Origin: an uncultured Verrucomicrobiota bacterium
GTDB taxonomy: Bacteria; Verrucomicrobiota; Kiritimatiellia; RFP12; UBA3636
Assembly: GCA_949285835.1 (NCBI GenBank)
Contig: CASEAR010000099.1
Coordinates: 1-61,465, forward strand
Length of the DNA: 61,465 bases
Direction: 5' to 3'
The notes beneath the pieces are model-generated. The model did no database searches, was not told the origin of the DNA, and saw nothing but the letters and a program-made list of their open reading frames with translations. This document shows positions 7,939-16,854 of the stretch, one piece after another (the stretch's first letter is position 1; the number at the start of each line of letters is the position of its first letter). The translations under genes and the position numbers were made by a program.

Positions 7939-8949
7939 ATGATCATAAAAACAAAAGCCTGCGCGCGCGCCGCGCTCATCGGAAATCCGTCCGATGGATA
8001 CTTCGGCAAGACAATCTCTTTTGCGTTTGACAACTTTACCGCCAACGTCACCATGTACGAGACTCCCGATCTGGAAATAATGCCCACCAGACGGGACGAT
8101 TCAGTCTTCAAAAGCATCGACGCACTCGCCGAAGACGTGAGGCTGTTCGGGTATTACGGCGGAATAAGGCTGCTGAAAGCCGCCATAAAAACGTTCTACG
8201 ACTACACACGGAAGAACGGTATACTTCTCGACAAAAGAAATTTCACCGTAAAATACGATTCCGACATTCCGAACCTCGTAGGACTGGCCGGTTCCAGCGC
8301 CATAATAACTGCATGTTTCCGCGCGCTTATGACGTTCTACGGAGTAACAATTCCAAAGCCGGAACTCGCCAACATAATCCGCGACACGGAACAGAACGAG
8401 CTGCGTATCACCGCGGGCCTGCAGGACCGCGTGATTCAGGTATACGAGGGCTTGGTGTACATGAACTTTGACAGGAATCTCATCGAAACACGTGGATACG
8501 GCGAATATGTTCCGCTGGATCCGTCAAAGCTTCCCCCAATCTACGTGGCCTACCGCACAGACTTGTCCGAAATATCCGATGTTTTCCACAACAATATCCG
8601 CGCGCGCTTCGATGCGGGCGACCCGGAAGTCGTTTCTGCCATGAAGTTCTGGAGTTCTATAACGGATGAAGCAAGGACATGTATTGAGACCGGAAATAAA
8701 AAACGCCTTTCCGAGCTAATGAACGAAAACTTCGACAAGCGCGCATCCGTATACAAACTCAGTGAAGGCAATCTGCGAATGGTCTCCACGGCCCGGAATT
8801 GCGGAGCAAGCGCAAAATTTACCGGTTCCGGCGGCGCCATCGTTGGAGTCTATGAGAACGAAGAGATGTTTTCTCACCTCAAGCAGGAACTCGAAAAAAT
8901 ATCGGTTAAAATAATAAAACCGCATATCGTCGGAGGCGATATTCACTGA
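7939..8949 (+). CDS. GHMP kinase, glucuronokinase-like
   Basis: Start trimmed to MIIKTKACARAALIGNPSDGYFGKTISF. GHMP motif IPNLVGLAGSSAIITA. GYYGGIRLL, GLQDRVIQVYEGLVYMNF and KFTGSGGAIVGVY resemble, from memory, plant glucuronokinase (GlcAK). Confidence 0.8.
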   Translation: MIIKTKACARAALIGNPSDGYFGKTISFAFDNFTANVTMYETPDLEIMPTRRDDSVFKSIDALAEDVRLFGYYGGIRLLKAAIKTFYDYTRKNGILLDKRNFTVKYDSDIPNLVGLAGSSAIITACFRALMTFYGVTIPKPELANIIRDTEQNELRITAGLQDRVIQVYEGLVYMNFDRNLIETRGYGEYVPLDPSKLPPIYVAYRTDLSEISDVFHNNIRARFDAGDPEVVSAMKFWSSITDEARTCIETGNKKRLSELMNENFDKRASVYKLSEGNLRMVSTARNCGASAKFTGSGGAIVGVYENEEMFSHLKQELEKISVKIIKPHIVGGDIH

Positions 8950-9022
8950 CGCCGCAGCGCTTGACGGCGTCTGCCGTTTACTTAGACACTGTGTCCGAAT
9001 AACCCGTACATGGAGAAATAAA

Positions 9023-9346
9023 ATGTCATCCGCCAGCATAAAAGAACTTACGAGTGCAAATTTTGCCGAAGAAACTTCAAAGGGTTTGTGCGTTGTTGAC
9101 TTCTGGGCGCCGTGGTGCGGCCCCTGCCGCATGATGGGGCCGGTCTTCGAAGCCGTCTCAGAAATGAAAATGGACGACGTCCGTTTTTTCAAGGTTAACA
9201 TCGACGAGAGCCCGGATGTGGCAGCAAAGTTCGGCGTTCAGAGCATACCGACGATTGTTGTTCTCCGTGACGGCGTTGAGGCCGATTTGTCTGTAGGATT
9301 CATACGTCAGGACGCCCTGATATCGCTCATTAACCGTAATAAGTGA
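9023..9346 (+). CDS. trxA: thioredoxin
   Basis: 107 aa, WAPWCGPCRM active site, and GGAG Shine-Dalgarno 8 nt upstream of the ATG. Confidence 0.9.
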   Translation: MSSASIKELTSANFAEETSKGLCVVDFWAPWCGPCRMMGPVFEAVSEMKMDDVRFFKVNIDESPDVAAKFGVQSIPTIVVLRDGVEADLSVGFIRQDALISLINRNK

Positions 9347-9435
9347 TAATGCCGCGCGGAGACGGCTAGTCCGCGCCTGAAAACAAAAGCTGTTTTTGTT
9401 GTCGGTATCGTTTTGATTACGGTGGGTCGTTTTTC

Positions 9436-11382
9436 ATGCTGCGCAGAATTAAAGAATTTTTGAAGTCCGAATTTTCACTGCTCAAATTCAGTTTCTCGGA
9501 GATTCTGCATTTTTGCATCGCAATGCTCGGGATCGCCGTCTGGCTGTTGACAGAGCATGTCGACATTTGCGGCGGGATTTTTCATCTGTACGGGATGCTC
9601 AGATTCTGTACCCTCAGGCTGCCAATTTGGTGCGTCGGACTTTTTTTTGCGCGCTGCCTTATCGTACGCGGCGGGAAAAGCCCGGAATACGGCCTTTTTC
9701 ATATGCTCCTGCTCAATGCTTTGCTTTTTATCCCGGGTGTAAACGAAAAAGTGCCGTCCCTTGTCTCTATGGTGCGGGTGATCCTACCATGGACCGCTGC
9801 GCTGATATTCGCGGCGTCCGCTGTCAGTTCAGCGCTGGGTGGACAAAATGCGTCCCGCCTGACGCAGGGGAAAAGAACCGGCCTTGCGCTGTATCTGATA
9901 CTCGCAGTGTTTTACTGCGTCTGCGGATTCGACATGTACAACGCAAAAGGGATGAAAGCCGGTGATGAAATACACTACGTAATGCAGGCCAGAAGTCTTC
10001 TGGAGGACGGAGATCTGGACCTCACAAACAACATCCGCGCTCATCACCCTTCATTTGCGCACGATTACGTTTCGTTTAAAAGAAGCCATATCTCCATGGT
10101 CTCACATGAGGGCAAGGCATACTCATATCATCCCATGGGGATCTCGCTGCTGATGGTTCCCGCCATGTACATCGCAGGAGAACCCGGGTGCGTGCTTTTC
10201 ATTTGCATCATCTCGGCTCTGATGGGTCCGCTGTTGTTTGTTTCCCTGAAAACGTACTGCAGGGACTGCACCGCCGCCGTCATGACACTTCTTTTCACGG
10301 TTCCTCTGCCGTTCTGCATTTACGCGGGAAGGCCATATCCGGAGTTCTTCACCTCTCTTTGCATAATGTATGCCTTCTGGGTACTTACCAGAGACAAACA
10401 AAACAGTCTGCTGTCGTATGCCGCCGCGGGAGTAATGCTGGGGCTGACAATATGGCTGCTGCCCAGAAGATGCATGCTTCAAATCGCCGGATTGTGCATC
10501 GCGGCGGTTTTACGTATGAAAAAAGACGGCGGTATGGCCGGAGCGGCTGCGTTTTTTATCCCCCTCGGCTTAATTGCCGCAGGACATTACGCGACGGCGT
10601 CCTATATGTTCTCCGGCCCGAATGTTGCGGAAGCGGCCGGCGTACGCACAGATTGGTTTGTGGCCGGTTCCAGTTTTTACAGCGGCAGCGTATTTTCAAC
10701 GGATCTCAGGCGGTTTCTCCCGATGCTTGCGATTCTCATCGACACCTACGGCGGAATAATCTGGACGAACGCCTTTATGACGCTCATGGTTCCCGCCACA
10801 TTGATGATCATAAGGCGGAGCAATCTCCGCATGCTTGCGCTCCCAATGTTTTTATTCTGGAGCCAGTATCTTCTCGTTGGCGCCGGCAACGTATGCGGAT
10901 GGCAGGCGGGAACATGCCATCCTCCGCGCTACCTTTTTCCGGTTTTGTTTTACCTCGCATTCCCCGCGGCAGTTTTATGCGAGCGATATGGAAATATTAT
11001 CGTCCGGCAGAGCACAGACCCTGAGAAATGCCCGGCAGTTCCGGGAGGAGTATCAGTGCTTCTCGCAATAACGTCCACATCCCTGATCTCACTCCTGAGC
11101 ATACCTTTTCGGTTCGACACCCCCTACAAAGCCTTCTGGATTCTGTGCAACGACATCGTCAATCTGTCCCATGTACTGCCAGTTTTCGTGTCTTCCAAGT
11201 ACCTGCCGGGAAACCCGCTGAACTATCCGCATATTTTTGCGGCGCTGGCAGCGCTGGTTTTTGTTTCATACCTGTTTTTTGTCTCGAGAAAAGGCATGAA
11301 GCTGCGGCCGTCCGCTGCTTTTTCCGTACTCATAGCCGTCTCAGCGGTTCTGGATATGCTTTTCGTAAACCCAGCTTTGTAG
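9436..11382 (+). CDS. polytopic membrane protein, GT-C-type (ArnT/PMT-like) glycosyltransferase-like
   Basis: 648 aa with more than 10 hydrophobic segments. An early loop motif GDEIHYVMQARSLLEDGDLDL resembles the DExxY loop of GT-C enzymes. The function is tentative. Confidence 0.6.
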   Translation: MLRRIKEFLKSEFSLLKFSFSEILHFCIAMLGIAVWLLTEHVDICGGIFHLYGMLRFCTLRLPIWCVGLFFARCLIVRGGKSPEYGLFHMLLLNALLFIPGVNEKVPSLVSMVRVILPWTAALIFAASAVSSALGGQNASRLTQGKRTGLALYLILAVFYCVCGFDMYNAKGMKAGDEIHYVMQARSLLEDGDLDLTNNIRAHHPSFAHDYVSFKRSHISMVSHEGKAYSYHPMGISLLMVPAMYIAGEPGCVLFICIISALMGPLLFVSLKTYCRDCTAAVMTLLFTVPLPFCIYAGRPYPEFFTSLCIMYAFWVLTRDKQNSLLSYAAAGVMLGLTIWLLPRRCMLQIAGLCIAAVLRMKKDGGMAGAAAFFIPLGLIAAGHYATASYMFSGPNVAEAAGVRTDWFVAGSSFYSGSVFSTDLRRFLPMLAILIDTYGGIIWTNAFMTLMVPATLMIIRRSNLRMLALPMFLFWSQYLLVGAGNVCGWQAGTCHPPRYLFPVLFYLAFPAAVLCERYGNIIVRQSTDPEKCPAVPGGVSVLLAITSTSLISLLSIPFRFDTPYKAFWILCNDIVNLSHVLPVFVSSKYLPGNPLNYPHIFAALAALVFVSYLFFVSRKGMKLRPSAAFSVLIAVSAVLDMLFVNPAL

Positions 11383-11752
11383 GCTGTTTCCGCACAACCG
11401 TGGATTTTGCGGGCAAAGGATCGTCTCCTAGGCAAAACAGCCGCTTCCCCGGAGAAATAAGTTCAATCCGGTCTGAATACTGCAGAGCGGCGCAGCCACA
11501 GAGAACTCCGGCCGTTTGTAAAAGATCGGCCCGGCTTAAATACTTGTAAACCATCCTAAGTTAAAACGATTAGTTTTAAATTGTAACTCTTGCTGCAGTA
11601 TCGGGAAAACGGCGGGCCCAAAAAAACTGCCAATATAGTATAACGGCAAAATCCTGAGCTGCGCGTCCAGAACACCGCCAACGGAGGGTTGATCATTATG
11701 CGGCTGATTTGCTGAGCCGTTTGCCTGCCCGGCGGTTGACTCATAGAGACCA

Positions 11753-11776
11753 TCCTGAGGAGTAACCTCCTCAGGA
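11753..11776. other. 10-bp stem hairpin (TCCTGAGGAG-TAAC-CTCCTCAGGA) inside a long convergent spacer
   Basis: Inverted repeat read directly from the sequence. There is no flanking T-run on either strand. Confidence 0.5.
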
Positions 11777-12010
11777 CTTATGAAGAACCATTCGGATTCA
11801 CTGCTTCCAGCGTTTTGAATGTCCGCAAATTGTCATACGGCATTCCTCTGTTTTCCCCCGCCGCTTCTCTGAAAAAGTCTGTACTCTGAAGCACAAAACA
11901 CAACGGGAAGCAGAACACTTCCGGGAAAGCCTCTCCTGACGCATAATGGCTGCCTGATGCCTGCCTGCTCCAGCTTTTTGTAAAAGGGTCGCGGCCGTTT
12001 AACCGCGTTT

Positions 12011-13960
12011 TTACCTGACTATTATGAATGTGCGCTGAGGAGGATCCGCCATCACAGAAGAGATAAGCACCCCGGTCCCTGAGAAAAATCTCGCATCCTC
12101 GTATTCAGCGCCGCTTCCGGGCGCACCGTAAACGCCGGCCGGCATAGGGAGACCGCCGAGATAAAGACTTTTTACAGTTTCCGCCACGCTGCCGTCCAGA
12201 CAAAGCATTCCATCGGCATTGCCCGAGGACTCAATGCGCAGAACACGCATATTGCTTATTGCGTTTTCAACGCCATCGGCAATAACAAGAGAAGCGCCTC
12301 CGCAAATTGTCACATCACCATCTCCAAGACATGCGCCCGATGTCGCCGAAGTCCCATCCCCCACCTGAATTCGTCCGGAAACCACGTATGTGTTCCCCGT
12401 GTAGGTGTTTTCCGCGGTAAGCCTTAATTTCCCGCCGCTTTGAGTGCCTATAGTCAGCCCGGACTCCCCGGCAATCACCGCCCCAATGGCCGACGTATTA
12501 TCCGTATTTGACAGCGACAGCACACACCCTTCTGAAGACCCGAAATCCAAAGTCCCTGCATTCGGGGAAGAGACCTCCCCAATACGGGCATTATCTCTGC
12601 GCATAAGAACACTGCCGCTCGAAACCCGCAGAACGCGGCCGGCGCCTATATCCGAAGCGTTATATTGACCATATACCAGCGAATTCACCGTCTGATCCTC
12701 CGGCAGCGTCAGACTGTTTACACAGACGTTCCTGTTAGGAGCTCCGGTTATCACATTATCCATCTCGGTATCGTACAAACCTCGTATGCCGAACGGCGTA
12801 TTCGCCGCAGGCCTGTCCGGAGCGTGCCCGTCATATTCGTTTTTGCAGAACATCCACGGAATGACGTTCATGTAAAAAGAACCTTCCCCTCCGCCGGGCC
12901 CGTACTCCTCAAGTCCATTTTCAACAATAAACTGCTGTCCTTTAATGTCGCTTTCCATAGCCTTGCCCAGAGACTTTGCCGCTACGGACAGAATTGCTCC
13001 CGGAGTTCTCTCAATGCGTCCGGCCTTTACAAACGTTCCCGAAGAACCACCAGCCGTTGAAAGCTGGATTCGCGAATTGCCGTTCGTAACAACGAGCCTA
13101 TCCACAGAGTCGCCCACGACCCCGCCTTCTGCATCGTCCTTCAGCGCCTGCCCGCCATGTACAATCATACCGCCGCAAAGCGTCACCGAATTTGACGTTA
13201 TCCGCTGACCAGGATTGACGGTTTTCGCGGAACTGTTGCCTATTTTTACCGATCCTCCGCAGTTCACAATGAATTCGCGAGCGGAGGTCATGCTGCTTCC
13301 TTCCAAGAAAGTGGAACTGTCGGCATTCACCACCACTGTGCCAAAAAAATCCGGAGTATCTGTACCAAGCATTATGTCTGCCGGCGCGTTGAAAACAATC
13401 CTGCCGGTCTCTTCTCCCCGTACGTATCCGCCGATACTTATGTTGCGGTTGCCGTTCGTATTTGTAAAAACGCATGTATTCCCTCTCACATCAACTCCGG
13501 AAAAACTTATCGTTCCTTCCGCTTCGACCGTAAGCGAAGAAGATCCTCCCAGAATAACCGGACACTGGATCTCCAGACATTCTTGATACCATGGACTCTG
13601 TGCTACACTGAAAGGCACACTGAGAAATGTTTCCCCACCTTCTTCGTCCGACTGAAAAGTAAGTGAATACCCTCCTGTTTTTGCCAAAATTACGGCAAAC
13701 CCCGTATCCGGGTCCGGCAGTGTGTCTCCGGCCAGAAGAGAACCGACCGTGATATCTTTGCCAAGCCGTATTACCGCATTTTGCTCTTTGAAATCCCCGG
13801 ACAATACCACTTCTGCTCCGGGAGAATCAGGAACCCCGCCGGACCAATTGGATTCATCCGTCCAATCCAACGTCCCCGATGGGGAGAAATTTGTCCACAC
13901 CGACGCAGTGGCGCAAGCAGAAGCAGTACATACTAACATTGTCTGAAAAAAATATGACAT
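12011..13960 (-). CDS. secreted autotransporter-associated beta-strand repeat (PATR) protein, no barrel domain
   Basis: 649 aa with a signal-like N-terminus. GGKLRLTAENTYTGNTYVVSGRIQVGDG and similar Gly/Thr/Asn-rich repeats are present. GGGGGAG Shine-Dalgarno before the ATG. The protein ends ...PPQRTFIIVR. Confidence 0.75.
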   Translation of the reverse strand: MSYFFQTMLVCTASACATASVWTNFSPSGTLDWTDESNWSGGVPDSPGAEVVLSGDFKEQNAVIRLGKDITVGSLLAGDTLPDPDTGFAVILAKTGGYSLTFQSDEEGGETFLSVPFSVAQSPWYQECLEIQCPVILGGSSSLTVEAEGTISFSGVDVRGNTCVFTNTNGNRNISIGGYVRGEETGRIVFNAPADIMLGTDTPDFFGTVVVNADSSTFLEGSSMTSAREFIVNCGGSVKIGNSSAKTVNPGQRITSNSVTLCGGMIVHGGQALKDDAEGGVVGDSVDRLVVTNGNSRIQLSTAGGSSGTFVKAGRIERTPGAILSVAAKSLGKAMESDIKGQQFIVENGLEEYGPGGGEGSFYMNVIPWMFCKNEYDGHAPDRPAANTPFGIRGLYDTEMDNVITGAPNRNVCVNSLTLPEDQTVNSLVYGQYNASDIGAGRVLRVSSGSVLMRRDNARIGEVSSPNAGTLDFGSSEGCVLSLSNTDNTSAIGAVIAGESGLTIGTQSGGKLRLTAENTYTGNTYVVSGRIQVGDGTSATSGACLGDGDVTICGGASLVIADGVENAISNMRVLRIESSGNADGMLCLDGSVAETVKSLYLGGLPMPAGVYGAPGSGAEYEDARFFSGTGVLISSVMADPPQRTFIIVR

Positions 13961-14010
13961 ATCTCCCCCGCTTTAAGCATGCGGAGCCGATTACAACTTA
14001 TCAGATCCGC

Positions 14011-16842
14011 CTATTTATCTTTCACCCAGAGAGTCACAAGCTGGTACGGATACAGATCCACTACCGCATGTCCGCCGCCTGTCGCAGCAACCTCTTCCCC
14101 CGTCGGAGAATACAGTATTCCCGCCGTTCCGGTACTGATCTTTACTCCGCGTTTTGCAGAGGCGGTCGTATTTACGACGGCAAAATACAAGCCCCCGCTG
14201 CCGGCGTCTATTTTCCGGACAACTACGCCTTCATCGGACGACGCGCCGCGGTCAATTTCGCTCGGAAGCGCCGGAAGCGCCAGGAAATTGGCATTGAACC
14301 TCCTGACATACTCCGGGAATCCTCTTCCAAAATTGCCGCCGCACAGATATCCGATCATCACCGGATCTCCATTCGCCACAGCGATGGCCTCCGCCTGCAT
14401 GCAGAAGGGCCCGGCCCGTTCAAAATCACACACAAAATACCCGGTCTTCCCTTTATCGTCGGCGTCGTAAATCATATTTTCATTCAAACAGTAGTGCCGC
14501 ACCATGAAAAGTCCGGAACGGGCGCGGTACAAATCCATCGTCGAGGGATCGGATACCGTGTAGAGCCTGTTGAATCCATGCGATAACATTACGCCCTCCG
14601 TGTCTTTGTAATTTTGCGGATCGTCCGCCGGATTCGAGTGATTCAGTTCCCATCCTCCCCAATTAAGTCCCGGCGACAGCAGGCCGCGTTTATAAAGTCC
14701 GCGCTTCGCCACTTCTTCCGGCGTGATAACTTCTGTTTGTTTATTTCCATCTTCGGATGCGCCAAATTCGCCGCGCCAGAGATCCGGTCTGTCGGTCACA
14801 AAAATGTCCTCCCAGCTTCCGAATCCTTTCCCCGGTTCACTGGAATCACCGGTAAACAGCACGACTGCATCATTCACGCCCTTCTCTCGGAGATAATCGC
14901 GCATGGCTGTGAGAAATTCCCGTCTTTTCTGATGCCACCAGTCGATATACCGGCTGTAAAGCGCCTTGTCTCCGCGCAAATCCTCCCTTGAAGGAACCTT
15001 CCCCCCATTCGCCTCAGCGCCGAACCTCTTCAGGGCGCCGGGACCGAATCCCACCGGGAGCTGCGCTCTGGGCCTGATCCATATGCCGGCGAACACGGCC
15101 TTGTCCAAAAATTTTACTACCGTAAGATCCAGCATCTTCTTGAAATCATCATACGTTTCAGGATCCGTTATGTCCGCGTTGGAGGATTCGATCCACTTTA
15201 TGTGCGAAAACGCATCATCACGCGTAAGCGGCTTAGCCCTCCTCTGCGGCCCGAGACCCTCTTTTCCCTTGCTTCCGCTGTACTCGTAATACGGGAGAAT
15301 ATCAAATCCGTATTGCCCCATCATCGTCACAATCCGCGCCCAAAGCCCGGCATGCGTCCTGTCGTAATACACCCATTTGTCGCCGCCGTATTGTGAAGAA
15401 TCCCAGTGCTGACACGCACCGAACTCCAACAGATCCTTGGAATAGGTATTAATCCCTAGAAACTTCATAAGCTCCGCTTTGTACCTGTACCAGTCGAGAG
15501 GATCCGAAACGCCCCATTTCTGAGGATCGCTTCCCTGTATTACCCCGTCGGCCATTTCTTCCCGCCAGAAGATTCGCCTTTTAGGCAGACCGGACGGAAG
15601 CGCCGGCACCTTTACCGGAAGAGACTTCTCGTCCACCACCTCATATAGCCTTATGCATCCCACGGCCGCGCCTTTTGAAAGAGGGTCGTTGCCTTTTTCA
15701 AACTGCGCTATTGTTACGTCAAAACCATCCTCCGGCTTGAATATCCGCTCCCGGTGCCTTTCTTCCGAAACAACGCCGCTTCCCCCGTCCTGAAACCTGT
15801 CGTGAAGGCGAAACAGCAGCCGCCAGGACTCCCATTTTCCCGACAGCGGCAAATCCAGACTTTCAGGACGGCTGTTGACATACTTGGTGTGAAGAGCGTC
15901 GCCCAGAGCAAGCCCCATATGGAACCCGCGCATAGTCTCGTTCCCCCTGTTTATCACGACGATAGACCTCGGCGCATCTTCCGGATATTCGACTTCAAGT
16001 ACATACGCGGCGCCCGGCCTGAGCATCTTCATTTTCCCGAGCCTGACCGTCATTACCGACGCCTCGCCCGGTACGGCATTGAGCACGCGGGCCTTTCTGC
16101 CCAGAATCGTTTCCACAGAAGACGCTCCGGACGGGCTGATTCTCAATTCCCCGTCCGGCATCTCCGCCAAGTTGACCTCCTCAACCAGTGAGAGCCGTCC
16201 GAAAGGCTCAATTACCGAAACCGGCCTTTTCAGCGCCTCCTCCCTTGCACGCCGGACAGCCTCCTCCTTCTCCTGCGCCTTGCGCGCCTCTTCCTCCCTG
16301 AGCGCGGTTTCCGCCGCCCATCCTTTCTCCGAATACGCGTCAAGAACCACTTCATTGAAGTTCGCGCCGCCTGAGAGCAGCGTCAGCCTGAGAAAGCCGG
16401 TTTCTGTGTCTACCGGCACCTCCGCCCAGCTTTTGTACTTGCCGCAGCCGTATACCGCCGCTTCTTTCCAATCTTTCGGTCCGCCGGTTTCTATTTTCAC
16501 CTCGCCGGTGCCGTTTGTATCGTAAAACCACAGGGACCCGACAGGCACCATGCCGCCGAGATTCAAAACCACAGACGCCGGGAAAACGGCTTTCTTCCCC
16601 GGCACACGCTTCCAACCTGTGACCGGCTCGCCGGACGGCGGATCTCCGGCGTCGTACTGCTCGTCCAATATGCCCGAAAAATCGATGTTTCCAGTCTCCG
16701 AACATATCATGCCGCCGTTCAGGACGAACCTGTACTTCCCTGGCGGAGTGGCGTCCGAACGCATAGAACACGCAATCACCGCAACAAAAGCCGCAAGTAT
16801 TCCGACAGCACGTATCTTCATTGCTACCACCCTCTTTTCCAA
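14011..16842 (-). CDS. large secreted protein or lipoprotein of unknown function (discoidin-like N-domain, charged linker, large uncharacterised C-domain)
   Basis: 943-aa ORF. The signal peptide is MKIRAVGILAAFVAVIACS; the true start may be Met8 at 16821, which has an AGAGGG Shine-Dalgarno. A charged helix REEEARKAQEKEEAVRRAREEALKR is present. I recognised no family motif in the C-terminal roughly 650 aa. Confidence 0.7.
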   Translation of the reverse strand: MEKRVVAMKIRAVGILAAFVAVIACSMRSDATPPGKYRFVLNGGMICSETGNIDFSGILDEQYDAGDPPSGEPVTGWKRVPGKKAVFPASVVLNLGGMVPVGSLWFYDTNGTGEVKIETGGPKDWKEAAVYGCGKYKSWAEVPVDTETGFLRLTLLSGGANFNEVVLDAYSEKGWAAETALREEEARKAQEKEEAVRRAREEALKRPVSVIEPFGRLSLVEEVNLAEMPDGELRISPSGASSVETILGRKARVLNAVPGEASVMTVRLGKMKMLRPGAAYVLEVEYPEDAPRSIVVINRGNETMRGFHMGLALGDALHTKYVNSRPESLDLPLSGKWESWRLLFRLHDRFQDGGSGVVSEERHRERIFKPEDGFDVTIAQFEKGNDPLSKGAAVGCIRLYEVVDEKSLPVKVPALPSGLPKRRIFWREEMADGVIQGSDPQKWGVSDPLDWYRYKAELMKFLGINTYSKDLLEFGACQHWDSSQYGGDKWVYYDRTHAGLWARIVTMMGQYGFDILPYYEYSGSKGKEGLGPQRRAKPLTRDDAFSHIKWIESSNADITDPETYDDFKKMLDLTVVKFLDKAVFAGIWIRPRAQLPVGFGPGALKRFGAEANGGKVPSREDLRGDKALYSRYIDWWHQKRREFLTAMRDYLREKGVNDAVVLFTGDSSEPGKGFGSWEDIFVTDRPDLWRGEFGASEDGNKQTEVITPEEVAKRGLYKRGLLSPGLNWGGWELNHSNPADDPQNYKDTEGVMLSHGFNRLYTVSDPSTMDLYRARSGLFMVRHYCLNENMIYDADDKGKTGYFVCDFERAGPFCMQAEAIAVANGDPVMIGYLCGGNFGRGFPEYVRRFNANFLALPALPSEIDRGASSDEGVVVRKIDAGSGGLYFAVVNTTASAKRGVKISTGTAGILYSPTGEEVAATGGGHAVVDLYPYQLVTLWVKDK

Positions 16843-16854
16843 TGATCGCCCAGA

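Noticed and set aside
11383-12010. Known housekeeping ncRNA (RNase P RNA, tmRNA, SRP RNA) in the long gap.
   Set aside because: Partial resemblances (CGGCCCGGCTTAAA, GGGAAGCAGAAC) lack the partner conserved blocks and the correct order, and there is no tRNA-like 3' end. The gap is kept only as an unexplained region.
12011-13960. Classical type V autotransporters (this gene plus 33398-35284 and 47449-48819).
   Set aside because: The repeat region runs to within a few residues of the C-terminus, leaving no room for a beta-barrel translocator domain of about 250-300 aa. These are barrel-less PATR proteins.
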